From Bacteroidota bacterium (GTDB taxonomy: Bacteria > Bacteroidota > Bacteroidia > AKYH767-A > OLB10): a DNA stretch of 64,000 bases. Each line of letters starts with the position of its first letter. The first letter of the stretch is position 1. The notes below the pieces were generated by a model. The model was not told the origin of the DNA and searched no databases. It saw only the letters and a list, made by a program, of their open reading frames with translations. Shown in pieces: positions 46,491 through 56,630 of this stretch. The DNA lies in NCBI GenBank assembly GCA_947453935.1, contig CANGJU010000001.1, forward strand, positions 11,112-75,111, read 5' to 3'. The translations under genes and the position numbers were made by a program.

Positions 46491-47750
46491 ATGAAATCAA
46501 TTTTACAAAAGCTATCATTAGCAATTCTTGCAGGAGTGTTTACATTATCTGTAAAAGCACAAACTACGGATACGGTTACTGTTAATCCTGGTTACACTAA
46601 TCAAACGTTTTACAGTTTTGCAACAGGAACTGTAAGTTCTGTTTCCAATTTAAATTGGGATTTAGCATTTCAACTTCGTGGATATGCTGCATCAATTTTA
46701 ATTAATTCGAAAAATAATGTGCGTTTGTATAATGCGAATAAATCAGCTGCTGATTGGTCAACTATGACAGTTGCTGATACAACAGGAATTTTAAGCAGTC
46801 CAACAAATGAGTTATTTAATTCTGATACTTCTTGGAATTTTGGTGCATTCAACAGAACGAATAATCCTGCAGATATGTTCGACTTGGGCTGGGGGAATTA
46901 TGATTTTATGACGCATGCTATTACAGGCGACTCTGTTTACTTTATTAAATTATCAAGCGGCGTTTACAAAAAGTTATGCATCGTTTCACTTGCAAATAGC
47001 ATCTACGATTTTAAGTGGGCCGATTTAGATGGAAGCAACGAAACATTAGGAGCTATCAATAAAACAACGTATGCTGGAAAGAACTTCGTTTATTTCTCAA
47101 TCTCGAACAATCAAACTATCGATCGTGAGCCTGCTTACAATGCATGGGATTTATCATTCGCTCAGTATTTAACTACAACTCCAATTGTATACAAGGTTTC
47201 AGGTGTATTAACAAATGATTCAGTATTTGCAGTGAAAGCATATCCGGTAGATGTAAATACTGTTTCTTCTGCATCTTATACATTCAATAACGCAATCAAT
47301 AATATTGGTTACGATTGGAAAGCATTTAACATGACTACTAATATGTACGACATCGCTGATTCAACTGTTTACTTTGTACAAGATCGTCAGGGAACAATCT
47401 GGAAAATGATCTTCACTGGTTTCGGTGGTGCTGCAAATGGTAATTTCTATTTCTCGAAAGGAACTACCACGGGTATTGGTCAAATAGAAAATTCCTCAAT
47501 CAAAACATTTGATGCTGCTCCGAATCCTGCACATGGTACTACTCGTTTGATTTTATCTTCTGAAAAAGCAGGCGATGCTACGATGCAGGTGATTTCAATG
47601 AACGGAATGTTAATGTCATCTGATGTAATTCAATTAAACAACGGATTACAATCAGTAGATTTAACGTTAGAGTCATTAACACCAGGAATTTATCAGGTAT
47701 TAATTACAATGGGTAACGAGCGTCAAATTACGCGTATCGTTGTTCAATAA
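46491..47750 (+). CDS. Secreted paralog of the preceding lipoprotein, with T9SS C-terminal domain
   Basis: Signal peptide. Motifs IGYDWKAFN and YFVQDRQGTIWKMIFTGF. Por tail. Confidence 0.6.
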   Translation: MKSILQKLSLAILAGVFTLSVKAQTTDTVTVNPGYTNQTFYSFATGTVSSVSNLNWDLAFQLRGYAASILINSKNNVRLYNANKSAADWSTMTVADTTGILSSPTNELFNSDTSWNFGAFNRTNNPADMFDLGWGNYDFMTHAITGDSVYFIKLSSGVYKKLCIVSLANSIYDFKWADLDGSNETLGAINKTTYAGKNFVYFSISNNQTIDREPAYNAWDLSFAQYLTTTPIVYKVSGVLTNDSVFAVKAYPVDVNTVSSASYTFNNAINNIGYDWKAFNMTTNMYDIADSTVYFVQDRQGTIWKMIFTGFGGAANGNFYFSKGTTTGIGQIENSSIKTFDAAPNPAHGTTRLILSSEKAGDATMQVISMNGMLMSSDVIQLNNGLQSVDLTLESLTPGIYQVLITMGNERQITRIVVQ

Positions 47751-47775
47751 TCAATTTAAAAATTACTGAATTTTA

Positions 47776-47803
47776 AAGGGTTGCCAATGGCAACCCTTTT
47801 TTG
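47776..47803 (+). terminator. Rho-independent terminator
   Basis: AAGGGTTGCCAATGGCAACCCTT plus TTTT. Confidence 0.7.
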
Positions 47804-47864
47804 TTGAGCGCAGTTAAAAATGCTACCTCAAAATTTTGTAATTTAGAGCCTCATTCAAATATTC

Positions 47865-48473
47865 ATGTTTTTAGAGCACACACGTAAGCACCTTCCTCGT
47901 AAGGGTTGTATAGAAGTTATAACAGGAAGTATGTTTTCTGGTAAAACAGAAGAGTTAATTCGCCGTTTGAAAAGAGCGAAGATTGCTAAGCTCGATGTTG
48001 AAATTTTTAAACCAGGTGTGGATGTTCGTTACGATGAAGAAAACATCGTTTCGCACGATTCGAATTATATCATGAGTACTCCTATTCCTTCATCATCGAA
48101 TCTTTTATTGCTTAGCCATACCGTTGATGTAATCGGAATTGATGAAGCACAGTTTTTTGATGATAATCTTCCATCCGTAGTAGAGCAATTAGCTGCACAA
48201 GGTACGCGAGTAATTATTGCGGGTCTTGATATGGATTACCTTGGGAAACCATTCGGACCAATGCCTAATCTTTTAGCAATAGCTGATTACATCACAAAGG
48301 TGCATGCAATCTGTATGCACTGTGGCGACCTGGCTTCTCACTCGCATCGTACCGTGCAGGATGATGCCTTAGTGATGTTGGGCGAGAAAGAAAGTTATAT
48401 CCCTTTATGCAGAATGTGTTTTGTAAAAGCAGTTCAGCATTCAGAAGTTAAATCAAAAGAAAATTCTAAATAG
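47865..48473 (+). CDS. tdk: Thymidine kinase
   Basis: P-loop [18 protein letters not shown]-terminal zinc ribbon (CMHCG...CRMCF). Confidence 0.85.
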   Translation: MFLEHTRKHLPRKGCIEVITGSMFSGKTEELIRRLKRAKIAKLDVEIFKPGVDVRYDEENIVSHDSNYIMSTPIPSSSNLLLLSHTVDVIGIDEAQFFDDNLPSVVEQLAAQGTRVIIAGLDMDYLGKPFGPMPNLLAIADYITKVHAICMHCGDLASHSHRTVQDDALVMLGEKESYIPLCRMCFVKAVQHSEVKSKENSK

Positions 48474-48474
48474 T

Positions 48475-50967
48475 ATGGCGCATGCATCGTATCCTTTGCA
48501 ACAACTGGCCGAAGTTCTTGGTGTTGATTGCAGAATAGGCAATGAAGGTGCAAGTGCTATTTCATTTTTAATTACCGATAGCCGGAAGGTTGTTGATCCC
48601 GAGCATTCTTTATTCTTCGCTATCAAAGGCGAACGACACGATGGTCATAAGTATATTGCCGACCTATACGCTCAAGGAGTAAGAAATTTTGTTATCAGCG
48701 ATGAGTCCGTTACTGAACAAGTTCCTCAGGCTAATTTTATTTTAGTGATGATTCCGTTGCAGGCAATGCAACAACTCGCTGCGTGGCACCGACGAAAATT
48801 TTCTATTCCTGTAATTGGAGTTACGGGCTCTAACGGAAAAACAATTGTAAAAGAGTGGTTGTATCAATTACTACGCGAAGATTATTCAATTGTGAGAAGT
48901 CCGAAGAGTTATAACTCCCAGATTGGAGTGCCGCTTTCAATCTGGCAGATGGAAGATAACCATACGCTGGGAATTTTTGAAGCAGGAATTTCACAGCCCG
49001 ATGAGATGCTTAAACTAGGCGAAATGATTCGTCCTACCATTGGTATCTTAACGAACATCGGAACTGCACATGATGAGAACTTTACCGACTTAAATGCAAA
49101 GATTGTAGAGAAGTTAAAACTTTTCGTACATGCGCACCAGCTAGTGTATTGTAAGGATTACACTGCCGTGCATGAGCTTATCACTGCTGGCGGAATGCTT
49201 TCTTCGCATTGTAATACGTTTACATGGTCGCGTAAATCGAAAGCCGATTTGCAAATTGGTCGTATTGCTAAACATGAGCACGATACAGAGATTCAAGGTA
49301 TTTATAAAAATCAGTTTATCGGAATTAAAATTCCTTTTACTGATGAAGCCAGCATCGAAAATGCAATTCATTGCTGGGCGTTAATGTTGTTCCTCGATAT
49401 TCCTTTTGAACAAATCACTAAACGCATTGAGTTGTTAAGTCCGGTGGCTATGCGCCTCGAGATGAAAGAAGGAATTAATAATTGTTCTGTTATAAACGAC
49501 TCATACAATTCCGATTTTGGTTCGCTTACTATTGCGCTCGATTTTATGTTGCAGCAAAAACAACATGAACGTCGCACACTTATTTTGAGTGATATTTTAC
49601 AGAGTGGAAAAAGTGAAGAAGTACTTTATAAGCAGGTAGCGGATTTATTAGCACAGAAAAAAATAAACCGATTAATTGGAATTGGAGAAGCCATTGCGCG
49701 ACAAAGTGATTTGTTTAATATCGAAAAATCGTTTTACCGTACTACCGATGAATTTTTGCGCGACTTGAATTACTCTTCGTTTAACGATGAAACGATTTTA
49801 ATAAAAGGTGCTCGTTCCTTCGGATTTGAACGCATCAGTAAATCGTTGCAACAAAAGGCGCACGAAACGGTACTTGAAATAAATTTAAATGCAGTTGTAC
49901 ATAATCTGAATTTATATCGCTCGCGCTTACGACCAGAAACAAAGTTGATGGTAATGGTGAAAGCATTTTCTTATGGAAGTGGTAGTTTTGAAATTGCGAA
50001 TGTGATGCAGTTTCATCGCGCCGATTATTTAGCCGTGGCATATGCCGATGAAGGAGTAGAGTTGCGTAAATCAGGAATTACGTTGCCAATCATGGTAATG
50101 AATCCGGAGGAGCAAAGCTTTGAGGCTATGATTAACTATCAGCTGGAGCCGGATATTTATAGCTTCCGCATACTAAATCATTTTACAGAAGCTTTAAAAC
50201 GCAGAGGAGAAGAAAACATCACTCGTTTTCCGGTACATATAGAATTAGATACTGGTATGCACCGTTTAGGTTTCGATGAACGTGATATTAATGAAATGAT
50301 TATTCGCATTAAGAATAACAAGTACATTAAAATTGCAACCGTATTTTCTCATTTAGTAGCAAGTGATGAATTAGAGCACGATCAGTTTACGCGCGATCAG
50401 ATTGCACGCTTCAATAAAATATCCATGACCTTGCAATCGCATTACAACTATCCTATTATCCGACATATATTAAACTCCTCCGGCATTCTTCGTTTTCCAG
50501 AGGCGCAGTTTGAAATGGTGCGATTAGGAATAGGATTGCATGGTATAGCAGCCACAGCTAATGAGCAACGCCAATTACAAATGGTGGCCACTTTAAAAAC
50601 AACCATATCTCAATTAAAAACGGTAAGTGCAGGCGATACGATAGGATACAGTCGCAGAGGAGTAGCGCAGCGCGATATGCTCATTGCAACCGTGGGTATA
50701 GGTTACGCCGATGGATTAAGCAGGCGACTAGGAAACGGAGTAGGGAAGATGCTGGTCAACGGACAGCTTGCTCCGATTGTAGGTAGTATCTGCATGGACA
50801 TGACCATGCTCGATGTAACGGGTATGGATGTCCGCGAAGGCATGGAAGTAATTGTTTTCGGACAAGAAAACTCCATTATTGAAATTGCGCAACAGTTAGG
50901 CACCATTCCTTACGAAGTCCTCACCGGAATTTCAGAGCGCGTAAAGCGGGTGTATTATCACGAATAG
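48475..50967 (+). CDS. murF-alr: Bifunctional UDP-MurNAc-pentapeptide synthetase MurF / alanine racemase Alr fusion
   Basis: N-terminal Mur ligase (GVTGSNGKT). C-terminal PLP alanine racemase (VMVKAFSYGSG...). Total 830 aa. Confidence 0.85.
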   Translation: MAHASYPLQQLAEVLGVDCRIGNEGASAISFLITDSRKVVDPEHSLFFAIKGERHDGHKYIADLYAQGVRNFVISDESVTEQVPQANFILVMIPLQAMQQLAAWHRRKFSIPVIGVTGSNGKTIVKEWLYQLLREDYSIVRSPKSYNSQIGVPLSIWQMEDNHTLGIFEAGISQPDEMLKLGEMIRPTIGILTNIGTAHDENFTDLNAKIVEKLKLFVHAHQLVYCKDYTAVHELITAGGMLSSHCNTFTWSRKSKADLQIGRIAKHEHDTEIQGIYKNQFIGIKIPFTDEASIENAIHCWALMLFLDIPFEQITKRIELLSPVAMRLEMKEGINNCSVINDSYNSDFGSLTIALDFMLQQKQHERRTLILSDILQSGKSEEVLYKQVADLLAQKKINRLIGIGEAIARQSDLFNIEKSFYRTTDEFLRDLNYSSFNDETILIKGARSFGFERISKSLQQKAHETVLEINLNAVVHNLNLYRSRLRPETKLMVMVKAFSYGSGSFEIANVMQFHRADYLAVAYADEGVELRKSGITLPIMVMNPEEQSFEAMINYQLEPDIYSFRILNHFTEALKRRGEENITRFPVHIELDTGMHRLGFDERDINEMIIRIKNNKYIKIATVFSHLVASDELEHDQFTRDQIARFNKISMTLQSHYNYPIIRHILNSSGILRFPEAQFEMVRLGIGLHGIAATANEQRQLQMVATLKTTISQLKTVSAGDTIGYSRRGVAQRDMLIATVGIGYADGLSRRLGNGVGKMLVNGQLAPIVGSICMDMTMLDVTGMDVREGMEVIVFGQENSIIEIAQQLGTIPYEVLTGISERVKRVYYHE

Positions 50968-51000
50968 GAATTTATATATAGATTTTTTGGTAAATGATTA

Positions 51001-51069
51001 TCGGTCGCTGAGGCTCTCGAAGCGCGAATGGCACTATAATCGGTTCGCTTCGAGGGCCTCAGCGACCGA
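51001..51069. repeat. Long GC-rich perfect hairpin (24-bp stem, 21-nt loop)
   Basis: TCGGTCGCTGAGGCTCTCGAAGCG / CGCTTCGAGGGCCTCAGCGACCGA. One G-T wobble. 35 nt after the alr stop. No U-tract. Confidence 0.5.
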
Positions 51070-51157
51070 AGGGATATAGCGTTTATTCTCAAAAATAGCT
51101 TTTGGTTAATTTTATTTCGTATGCCTATAAAAAAGCAATGAATAAATTATATAATCT

Positions 51158-51373
51158 AGTGGCAAGTAAAATTTGACGTTTTTTGGGCCTGTTAAAATAT
51201 TTTTTGGAAATTTATTTTAGGCATTTTGCTCGAAATGGCCACTTGATTATTATCCTATTATACTAATATACAGCCATTTAAATTCAATATTTTAGAAAAA
51301 AGCCACCATTTTTAAAAACTTCAAAATAAGTAATTTTACTTATTGTTTTCAGTTATTTGCCACTTTATATTTG
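51158..51373 (+). promoter_or_regulatory. Conserved upstream cassette, copy 3
   Basis: IR arms at 51158-51168 and 51354-51364. Palindrome AATAAGTAATTTTACTTATT at 51325-51344. -7 box TATATTTG at 51366-51373, 20 nt before the ATG. Confidence 0.6.
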
Positions 51374-51393
51374 AGCACTAAAAATCTTAAAAT

Positions 51394-52935
51394 ATGAAAA
51401 AATTAAGACAAGTATTAGTATTATTATGTATAGCTGTTTTGAGCTACAATGCAAATGCTCAATTTGTACCACCTGTCATACAAGATAGTAGTTATGGTGT
51501 TAGTCCTATTTATAGTCGTAATACAGGCTGTGACATTATGACTTTTAACGACAACACTTACCGTGTAAGTGTATGGGAACATGATACTTTAAAAAGAGGT
51601 ATTGGTTGGGTAGTTGATTATAATGGAAATCATTTTGTTGGCACGCTCCCTTATACTTATTCAGATGGTATAATTGATCCAGATGTGTGTTTGCTTACAA
51701 AGTCTGATTCTACACTTCTTGCAGCAGTTGCGTATTATGATTCATTGAGTTCAAATTATTATTTAGAAATATTTGAATGGAAACCTAGTATCTTGTCTTT
51801 TTCATCAGTGTATGTGACAAGTTTTGCACATGGAAATTTTGGAACCACATTAAATATTGATGGTAATAGCAAAATAGATGGGGAATTTACAATAGTTTGG
51901 GATGACCAATCAAAAAGAATATTTGCGGCTGTCGGAAATACTTCTTCTGTAATTATTTCAACGAATCAATTATCCGACGGAATTAGTCCTGACGTTAGTT
52001 TGTACGCAGATGGCGGAGCGGACGTTGTTCATATATGTTATATTGATAATTTCGACAATCTAACTGTTGATGATTATAATTTTAACGATTTAGTTTCAAA
52101 TTCTGTAAACAAAATTGCTGTACCATTGACTTATGCCCCTTTAAATAATAATAAGTTTGAATTCCCACGAATTGCATCTCCTGGTCCTAATGGTGGGAGT
52201 TCTACTGAATGGACAGTTATTGCTTTTGAGCATCTGAATATGCCATCTACACCAAGTCCAAATTGGTATGTAAAAGGGTTTAATAATGCAGTAGTTGGGC
52301 CTATTAACTATAATGTAGCTTCTGTAGATATTTCAAAAGTCCCTAATTATTATGTAAGCGTATGCTACTCCAACAGCTATCCATCCGATGGTATTTATGT
52401 AGGTTGGTCATTTTTCCATGATAGTCAATTTATAGGGAATCCAGTTTATAATAACATTATCGATAGTGCAGATTATTCCATTGTGGTAAAATGTGACAAT
52501 TATGCAATGCCAAAAGATTCTTTGTATTGGCAAGTTTCAAGTTTAATCACTAATGGAAACTATGATATATCGTCTTTTCTATCGTTAGCAGGTAGGCATG
52601 CGGATAATGAATTATTTGCTACCTATCAGAATATTAGTATTGGCGGTACCAATATTTGGGATGTAAATTATAAAATGATTAAACCTATATCATCAGCTAC
52701 TAGTTTTAAGTCGCATCAAAATGAGACTATAATACAATTGGGCTCATCTAAAGAATTATTACAAACAAATTATTACTCGTTAGATGGCAAATTATTATTT
52801 ACTTTAAAAAACAAAAATATTGATGAATTTCAAAATTACTTCAATCATTTTACAAATGATTTTATTATTCAAAAATCAGAATATAGTGATCATACATTCA
52901 GTTCAAAAAAAATAGCCGGATTTAATCAAAAATAA
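51394..52935 (+). CDS. Secreted protein of unknown function (paralog of 5477-7018)
   Basis: Signal peptide MKKLRQVLVLLCIAVLSYNANAQ. ~75-80% aa identity to the minus-strand copy. Confidence 0.7.
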   Translation: MKKLRQVLVLLCIAVLSYNANAQFVPPVIQDSSYGVSPIYSRNTGCDIMTFNDNTYRVSVWEHDTLKRGIGWVVDYNGNHFVGTLPYTYSDGIIDPDVCLLTKSDSTLLAAVAYYDSLSSNYYLEIFEWKPSILSFSSVYVTSFAHGNFGTTLNIDGNSKIDGEFTIVWDDQSKRIFAAVGNTSSVIISTNQLSDGISPDVSLYADGGADVVHICYIDNFDNLTVDDYNFNDLVSNSVNKIAVPLTYAPLNNNKFEFPRIASPGPNGGSSTEWTVIAFEHLNMPSTPSPNWYVKGFNNAVVGPINYNVASVDISKVPNYYVSVCYSNSYPSDGIYVGWSFFHDSQFIGNPVYNNIIDSADYSIVVKCDNYAMPKDSLYWQVSSLITNGNYDISSFLSLAGRHADNELFATYQNISIGGTNIWDVNYKMIKPISSATSFKSHQNETIIQLGSSKELLQTNYYSLDGKLLFTLKNKNIDEFQNYFNHFTNDFIIQKSEYSDHTFSSKKIAGFNQK

Positions 52936-52944
52936 GGGGTCTTT

Positions 52945-54594
52945 ATGAAAAACATCTATTTATTAATTATAATAATATTAATGACGACCAATGCAAAAGC
53001 ACAGTCATTTATTTATATAGACGATCATTGCTTTGGAACAAGTGCTGGAGAAGAAGGAAAAGCTATCGCACGTCTAAATCAATTAAATGTAATAGCAGGA
53101 CATAGTATATGTTATTATTCTCAACAAGATAAAACAGACCCAAATTGCGAATTAACCGGAAGTAGTAAAGATATTTGGATTGTTGCTTTTGATGATTCGT
53201 TACACAAAAAATGGGACAAAAATTACGGCACAAATTCACCTTACGATGATTCATATAGCATTATCCCATATAAACAAGGGTTTTTAGTTGCAGGACATAC
53301 TAATGGCGATTCTTCATGTAATCTAATAACTACCACCAAAGGAAATTGGGATTATATTTTATTATATCTTGATTCACTTGGAAATAAAATCAATGAAACA
53401 CGCTTTGGTTCAATAGGCAATGATAAACTTTGTAGCGCCGCACAAACTTTAGATGGAGGTCTCTTATTATCAGGTTCGAGTAATGGAGTACATAGTTTTG
53501 ATAAATCTCAAAATGCATTCTATTATCCAAATCAAAATCCATTTCAAGCAGAATATGACCTATGGGTAATAAAGCTAGACTCATTAGGAAATAAACAATG
53601 GGACCGAATTTTTGGAGGATTGGATCGTGACGCAGGAGAGGGTATAGGGTATTTGCACAAAACACAAGGGCATACAATACTGAAAGATAGTTCTTACCTT
53701 GTATATGGCGAAACAATAAGTGGTGTTGGCGGAAATATAACTTCTTCACCCATCTCACCTAACTATGGAGAGGCAATAGTTTTTAAAGTTGATAAAAATG
53801 GAAATAAAATTTGGGATAAACGTTATGGTTGTACAGGTTGTATAGGGTGGACAGGGTTGGTAAAAATTATTGAAATGGAAAATTATTATTATCTATTTGG
53901 TTTTAAAGAAAACACATTGTTGCCAAATTATCAACAAGACTTATGGATTGTCAAAACGGATACAAGCGGCAATATTATATGGGAGAAAAATTATGGAACT
54001 TCAGAAATCGATTTGTTTGCTGACGTATTACTGAATACACAAGGTGGCTTTTTTGCCTTAGGGTCTATTGCTATTGCAAATGGTTCTTTTCTTAATCCTG
54101 GATATGGAGCTTATGATGCAGTAATTATGAATTTTGATACATCTGGAGCATTATTGACCTATAAATATTTAGGGGCGAACAATTCAGATTTTGGGAATGC
54201 ATTAACCCTAATAAATGATAGTACTTTACTTATTTCTGCCACAGGGTATGACGGTATAAGCAATGTTAAACATGATGTAGGCCATGGCTATACTGACATT
54301 TGGGCCGTGAAAGTTGGCTATAGTACCACCACCACTTCTCTAAATCAACTTCAAAATAATTTATCACTAACGGTAAGGCCTAACCCCGCAAAAGATCAAA
54401 TTAATATCACAGGATTACCACCTGGCAGCTATGTCCTTCAAACCTACAACATCGATGGCCGGTTAGTAATGAGCGATATGGTTACCTCTGTTTTATCACT
54501 ACCACTTTCCATTGAAACTTTGCAAAGCGGTATGTATATTACAAATATCAAAAACGAAAAAGTAAGTACAACTGTTCGTTGGGTGAAAGAGTAG
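52945..54594 (+). CDS. T9SS cargo protein with SBBP-like repeats (paralog of 3815-5464)
   Basis: Same repeat motifs and Por C-terminal tail. 9-nt gap from upstream gene. Confidence 0.7.
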   Translation: MKNIYLLIIIILMTTNAKAQSFIYIDDHCFGTSAGEEGKAIARLNQLNVIAGHSICYYSQQDKTDPNCELTGSSKDIWIVAFDDSLHKKWDKNYGTNSPYDDSYSIIPYKQGFLVAGHTNGDSSCNLITTTKGNWDYILLYLDSLGNKINETRFGSIGNDKLCSAAQTLDGGLLLSGSSNGVHSFDKSQNAFYYPNQNPFQAEYDLWVIKLDSLGNKQWDRIFGGLDRDAGEGIGYLHKTQGHTILKDSSYLVYGETISGVGGNITSSPISPNYGEAIVFKVDKNGNKIWDKRYGCTGCIGWTGLVKIIEMENYYYLFGFKENTLLPNYQQDLWIVKTDTSGNIIWEKNYGTSEIDLFADVLLNTQGGFFALGSIAIANGSFLNPGYGAYDAVIMNFDTSGALLTYKYLGANNSDFGNALTLINDSTLLISATGYDGISNVKHDVGHGYTDIWAVKVGYSTTTTSLNQLQNNLSLTVRPNPAKDQINITGLPPGSYVLQTYNIDGRLVMSDMVTSVLSLPLSIETLQSGMYITNIKNEKVSTTVRWVKE

Positions 54595-54607
54595 ATATAA
54601 TATTTCA

Positions 54608-54632
54608 AAAGGGGCCAAGAGCCCCTTTTTTT
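54608..54632 (+). terminator. Rho-independent terminator
   Basis: AGGGGCCAAGAGCCCCT plus T7. Confidence 0.7.
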
Positions 54633-54662
54633 GTATAATAATTTTAGTGGTTTGCTAATTAA

Positions 54663-56039
54663 TCACGCAAACAAGGCCTGCAATACTTCTTCTACTTTAC
54701 CAACGCCAATTACTTCAATTGTTTTTTCTGATTTTAAATCTAAACCCTGTAAATTGTAGCGCGACACAAATATTTTTTTGAATCCTAATCGCGCAGCTTC
54801 TTTAATACGAGTTTCAATTCTGTTTACTGGTCGTATCTCTCCCGTTAATCCAACTTCTCCCGCAAAACATATCATCGGGTCAATTGATAAATCTTCCGAA
54901 GAGGATAAAATAGAACATATAACGGCGAGGTCTATGGCCGGATCTTCTACGCGAATGCCTCCAGCAATATTTAAAAATACATCTTTGGTCCCTAAACGAA
55001 ATCCACAGCGTTTCTCTAATACCGCTAATAAAATATGCAGTCTGCGCATATCAAATCCGGTAGTGGTACGTTGAGGAGTTCCATATACTGCTGTGCTTAC
55101 TAATGCTTGGGTCTCAATTAAAATAGGGCGCGCTCCTTCTAAGGTGCAGGCAATGGCGGTTCCACTTAATTGTGCGTCCCGCTGACTTAATAATAACTGC
55201 GATGGGTTCGCTACTTCGGTAAGTCCTGCGCCTTGCATCTCGTAAATACCTAATTCCGCTGTAGAGCCAAAACGATTTTTTACTGCTCGAACAATGCGGT
55301 AGATATGATGACGGTCGCCTTCAAATTGCAAAACCGTATCCACCATATGCTCTAATACTTTCGGACCAGCAATGCTTCCGTCTTTGGTAATATGTCCGAT
55401 CATTAAAACAGGAGTGGCAGTTTCTTTTGAGTATCGTAATAACTCTCCCGCACAGCCGCGTATCTGCGATACCGTTCCCGGTGCCGATTCATATACCGAT
55501 GAGTATAATGTTTGAATGGAGTCAACAATTACGAACTCGGGTTTTAATTCTTCTATCTGTCTGAAAATATTTTGTGTAGATGTTTCAGTTAAGATGTAAC
55601 AGTTGCTTTCCAATTTACCTATACGCTCAGCACGCATGCGCACTTGTTGTTCGCTCTCTTCGCCAGATATGTAAAGAATCTTTTTGTTTTTTAATCGCAC
55701 TGCTAATTGTAATAGCAAGGTAGATTTTCCAATGCCTGGTTCACCACCTAATAGGGTTAATGATCCCGGTACTAATCCTCCTCCTAATACACGATTTAAT
55801 TCTTCATCGGGTAAAATGATTCTCGGACTTGATTCAAGTTCTATCTCGGTAATTAAACGTGGCTTTGCAGCTTTGGTTTCTTTGGTGGCAGCCGATTTCC
55901 ATTTGTTGTGGTCTGTTCCTGTAGGAACCACTTCTTCTACATAAGTGTTCCATTCGTTACATGAAGGACATTTGCCAATCCATTTAGTAGCATTTGCTCC
56001 GCACGACTGACAGTAAAAAGTAGTTTTCGTTTTTGCCAT
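54663..56039 (-). CDS. radA: DNA repair protein RadA/Sms
   Basis: N-terminal C4 zinc finger (CQSCGANATKWIGKCPSCNEW). Walker A GGEPGIGKSTLLLQ. Lon-like C-terminal domain. Confidence 0.9.
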   Translation of the reverse strand: MAKTKTTFYCQSCGANATKWIGKCPSCNEWNTYVEEVVPTGTDHNKWKSAATKETKAAKPRLITEIELESSPRIILPDEELNRVLGGGLVPGSLTLLGGEPGIGKSTLLLQLAVRLKNKKILYISGEESEQQVRMRAERIGKLESNCYILTETSTQNIFRQIEELKPEFVIVDSIQTLYSSVYESAPGTVSQIRGCAGELLRYSKETATPVLMIGHITKDGSIAGPKVLEHMVDTVLQFEGDRHHIYRIVRAVKNRFGSTAELGIYEMQGAGLTEVANPSQLLLSQRDAQLSGTAIACTLEGARPILIETQALVSTAVYGTPQRTTTGFDMRRLHILLAVLEKRCGFRLGTKDVFLNIAGGIRVEDPAIDLAVICSILSSSEDLSIDPMICFAGEVGLTGEIRPVNRIETRIKEAARLGFKKIFVSRYNLQGLDLKSEKTIEVIGVGKVEEVLQALFA

Positions 56040-56135
56040 GCAACAAAGTAAAAAAATATTCTTGGAGGAGATTAAGTGTTTAAGGTATTTGTTGAAAAAT
56101 TGTTTTTGTATCTTCGGCTATCATAATCCTGTTTT

Positions 56136-56630
56136 ATGTTTGAATTAAGAGCTGCAACGGCCAACGATGTAAAAGTGATTACCGAAATTTATAATGATGC
56201 AGTCTTAAATACGACTGCTACATTCGATACCGAAATTCAAGCGGAAGCCGATCGATTGCAATGGCTCGTAAATCGTAAATCGATACATCCTGTTATTGTA
56301 GGCTTGATTAATCATCAGGTTGCTGGATGGGCTGCTTTAAGTCCGTGGAACCCGAAAAAAGGCTACGATATTATTGCAGAGGTATCCGTTTATATTCATC
56401 CTGAATTTCAATTTCAAGGGTTAGGAAGTATTTTGCTCAACGAAATTATCAAGCAGGGAAAATCGGTTGGTTTACATTCCTTATTATCGCGTATCACAAC
56501 GGATAATGTACATAGCATTCACTTGCATGAGAAAGAAGGATTTGTTCGTACAGGGGTTTTAAAAGAGGCAGGGCAAAAGTTCAACCGCTATCTCGATGTA
56601 ATGATTATGCAGAAAATGCTAAATCCTTAA
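56136..56630 (+). CDS. GNAT family N-acetyltransferase
   Basis: 164 aa with acetyl-CoA-binding motif (QGLGSILL). Confidence 0.7.
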   Translation: MFELRAATANDVKVITEIYNDAVLNTTATFDTEIQAEADRLQWLVNRKSIHPVIVGLINHQVAGWAALSPWNPKKGYDIIAEVSVYIHPEFQFQGLGSILLNEIIKQGKSVGLHSLLSRITTDNVHSIHLHEKEGFVRTGVLKEAGQKFNRYLDVMIMQKMLNP

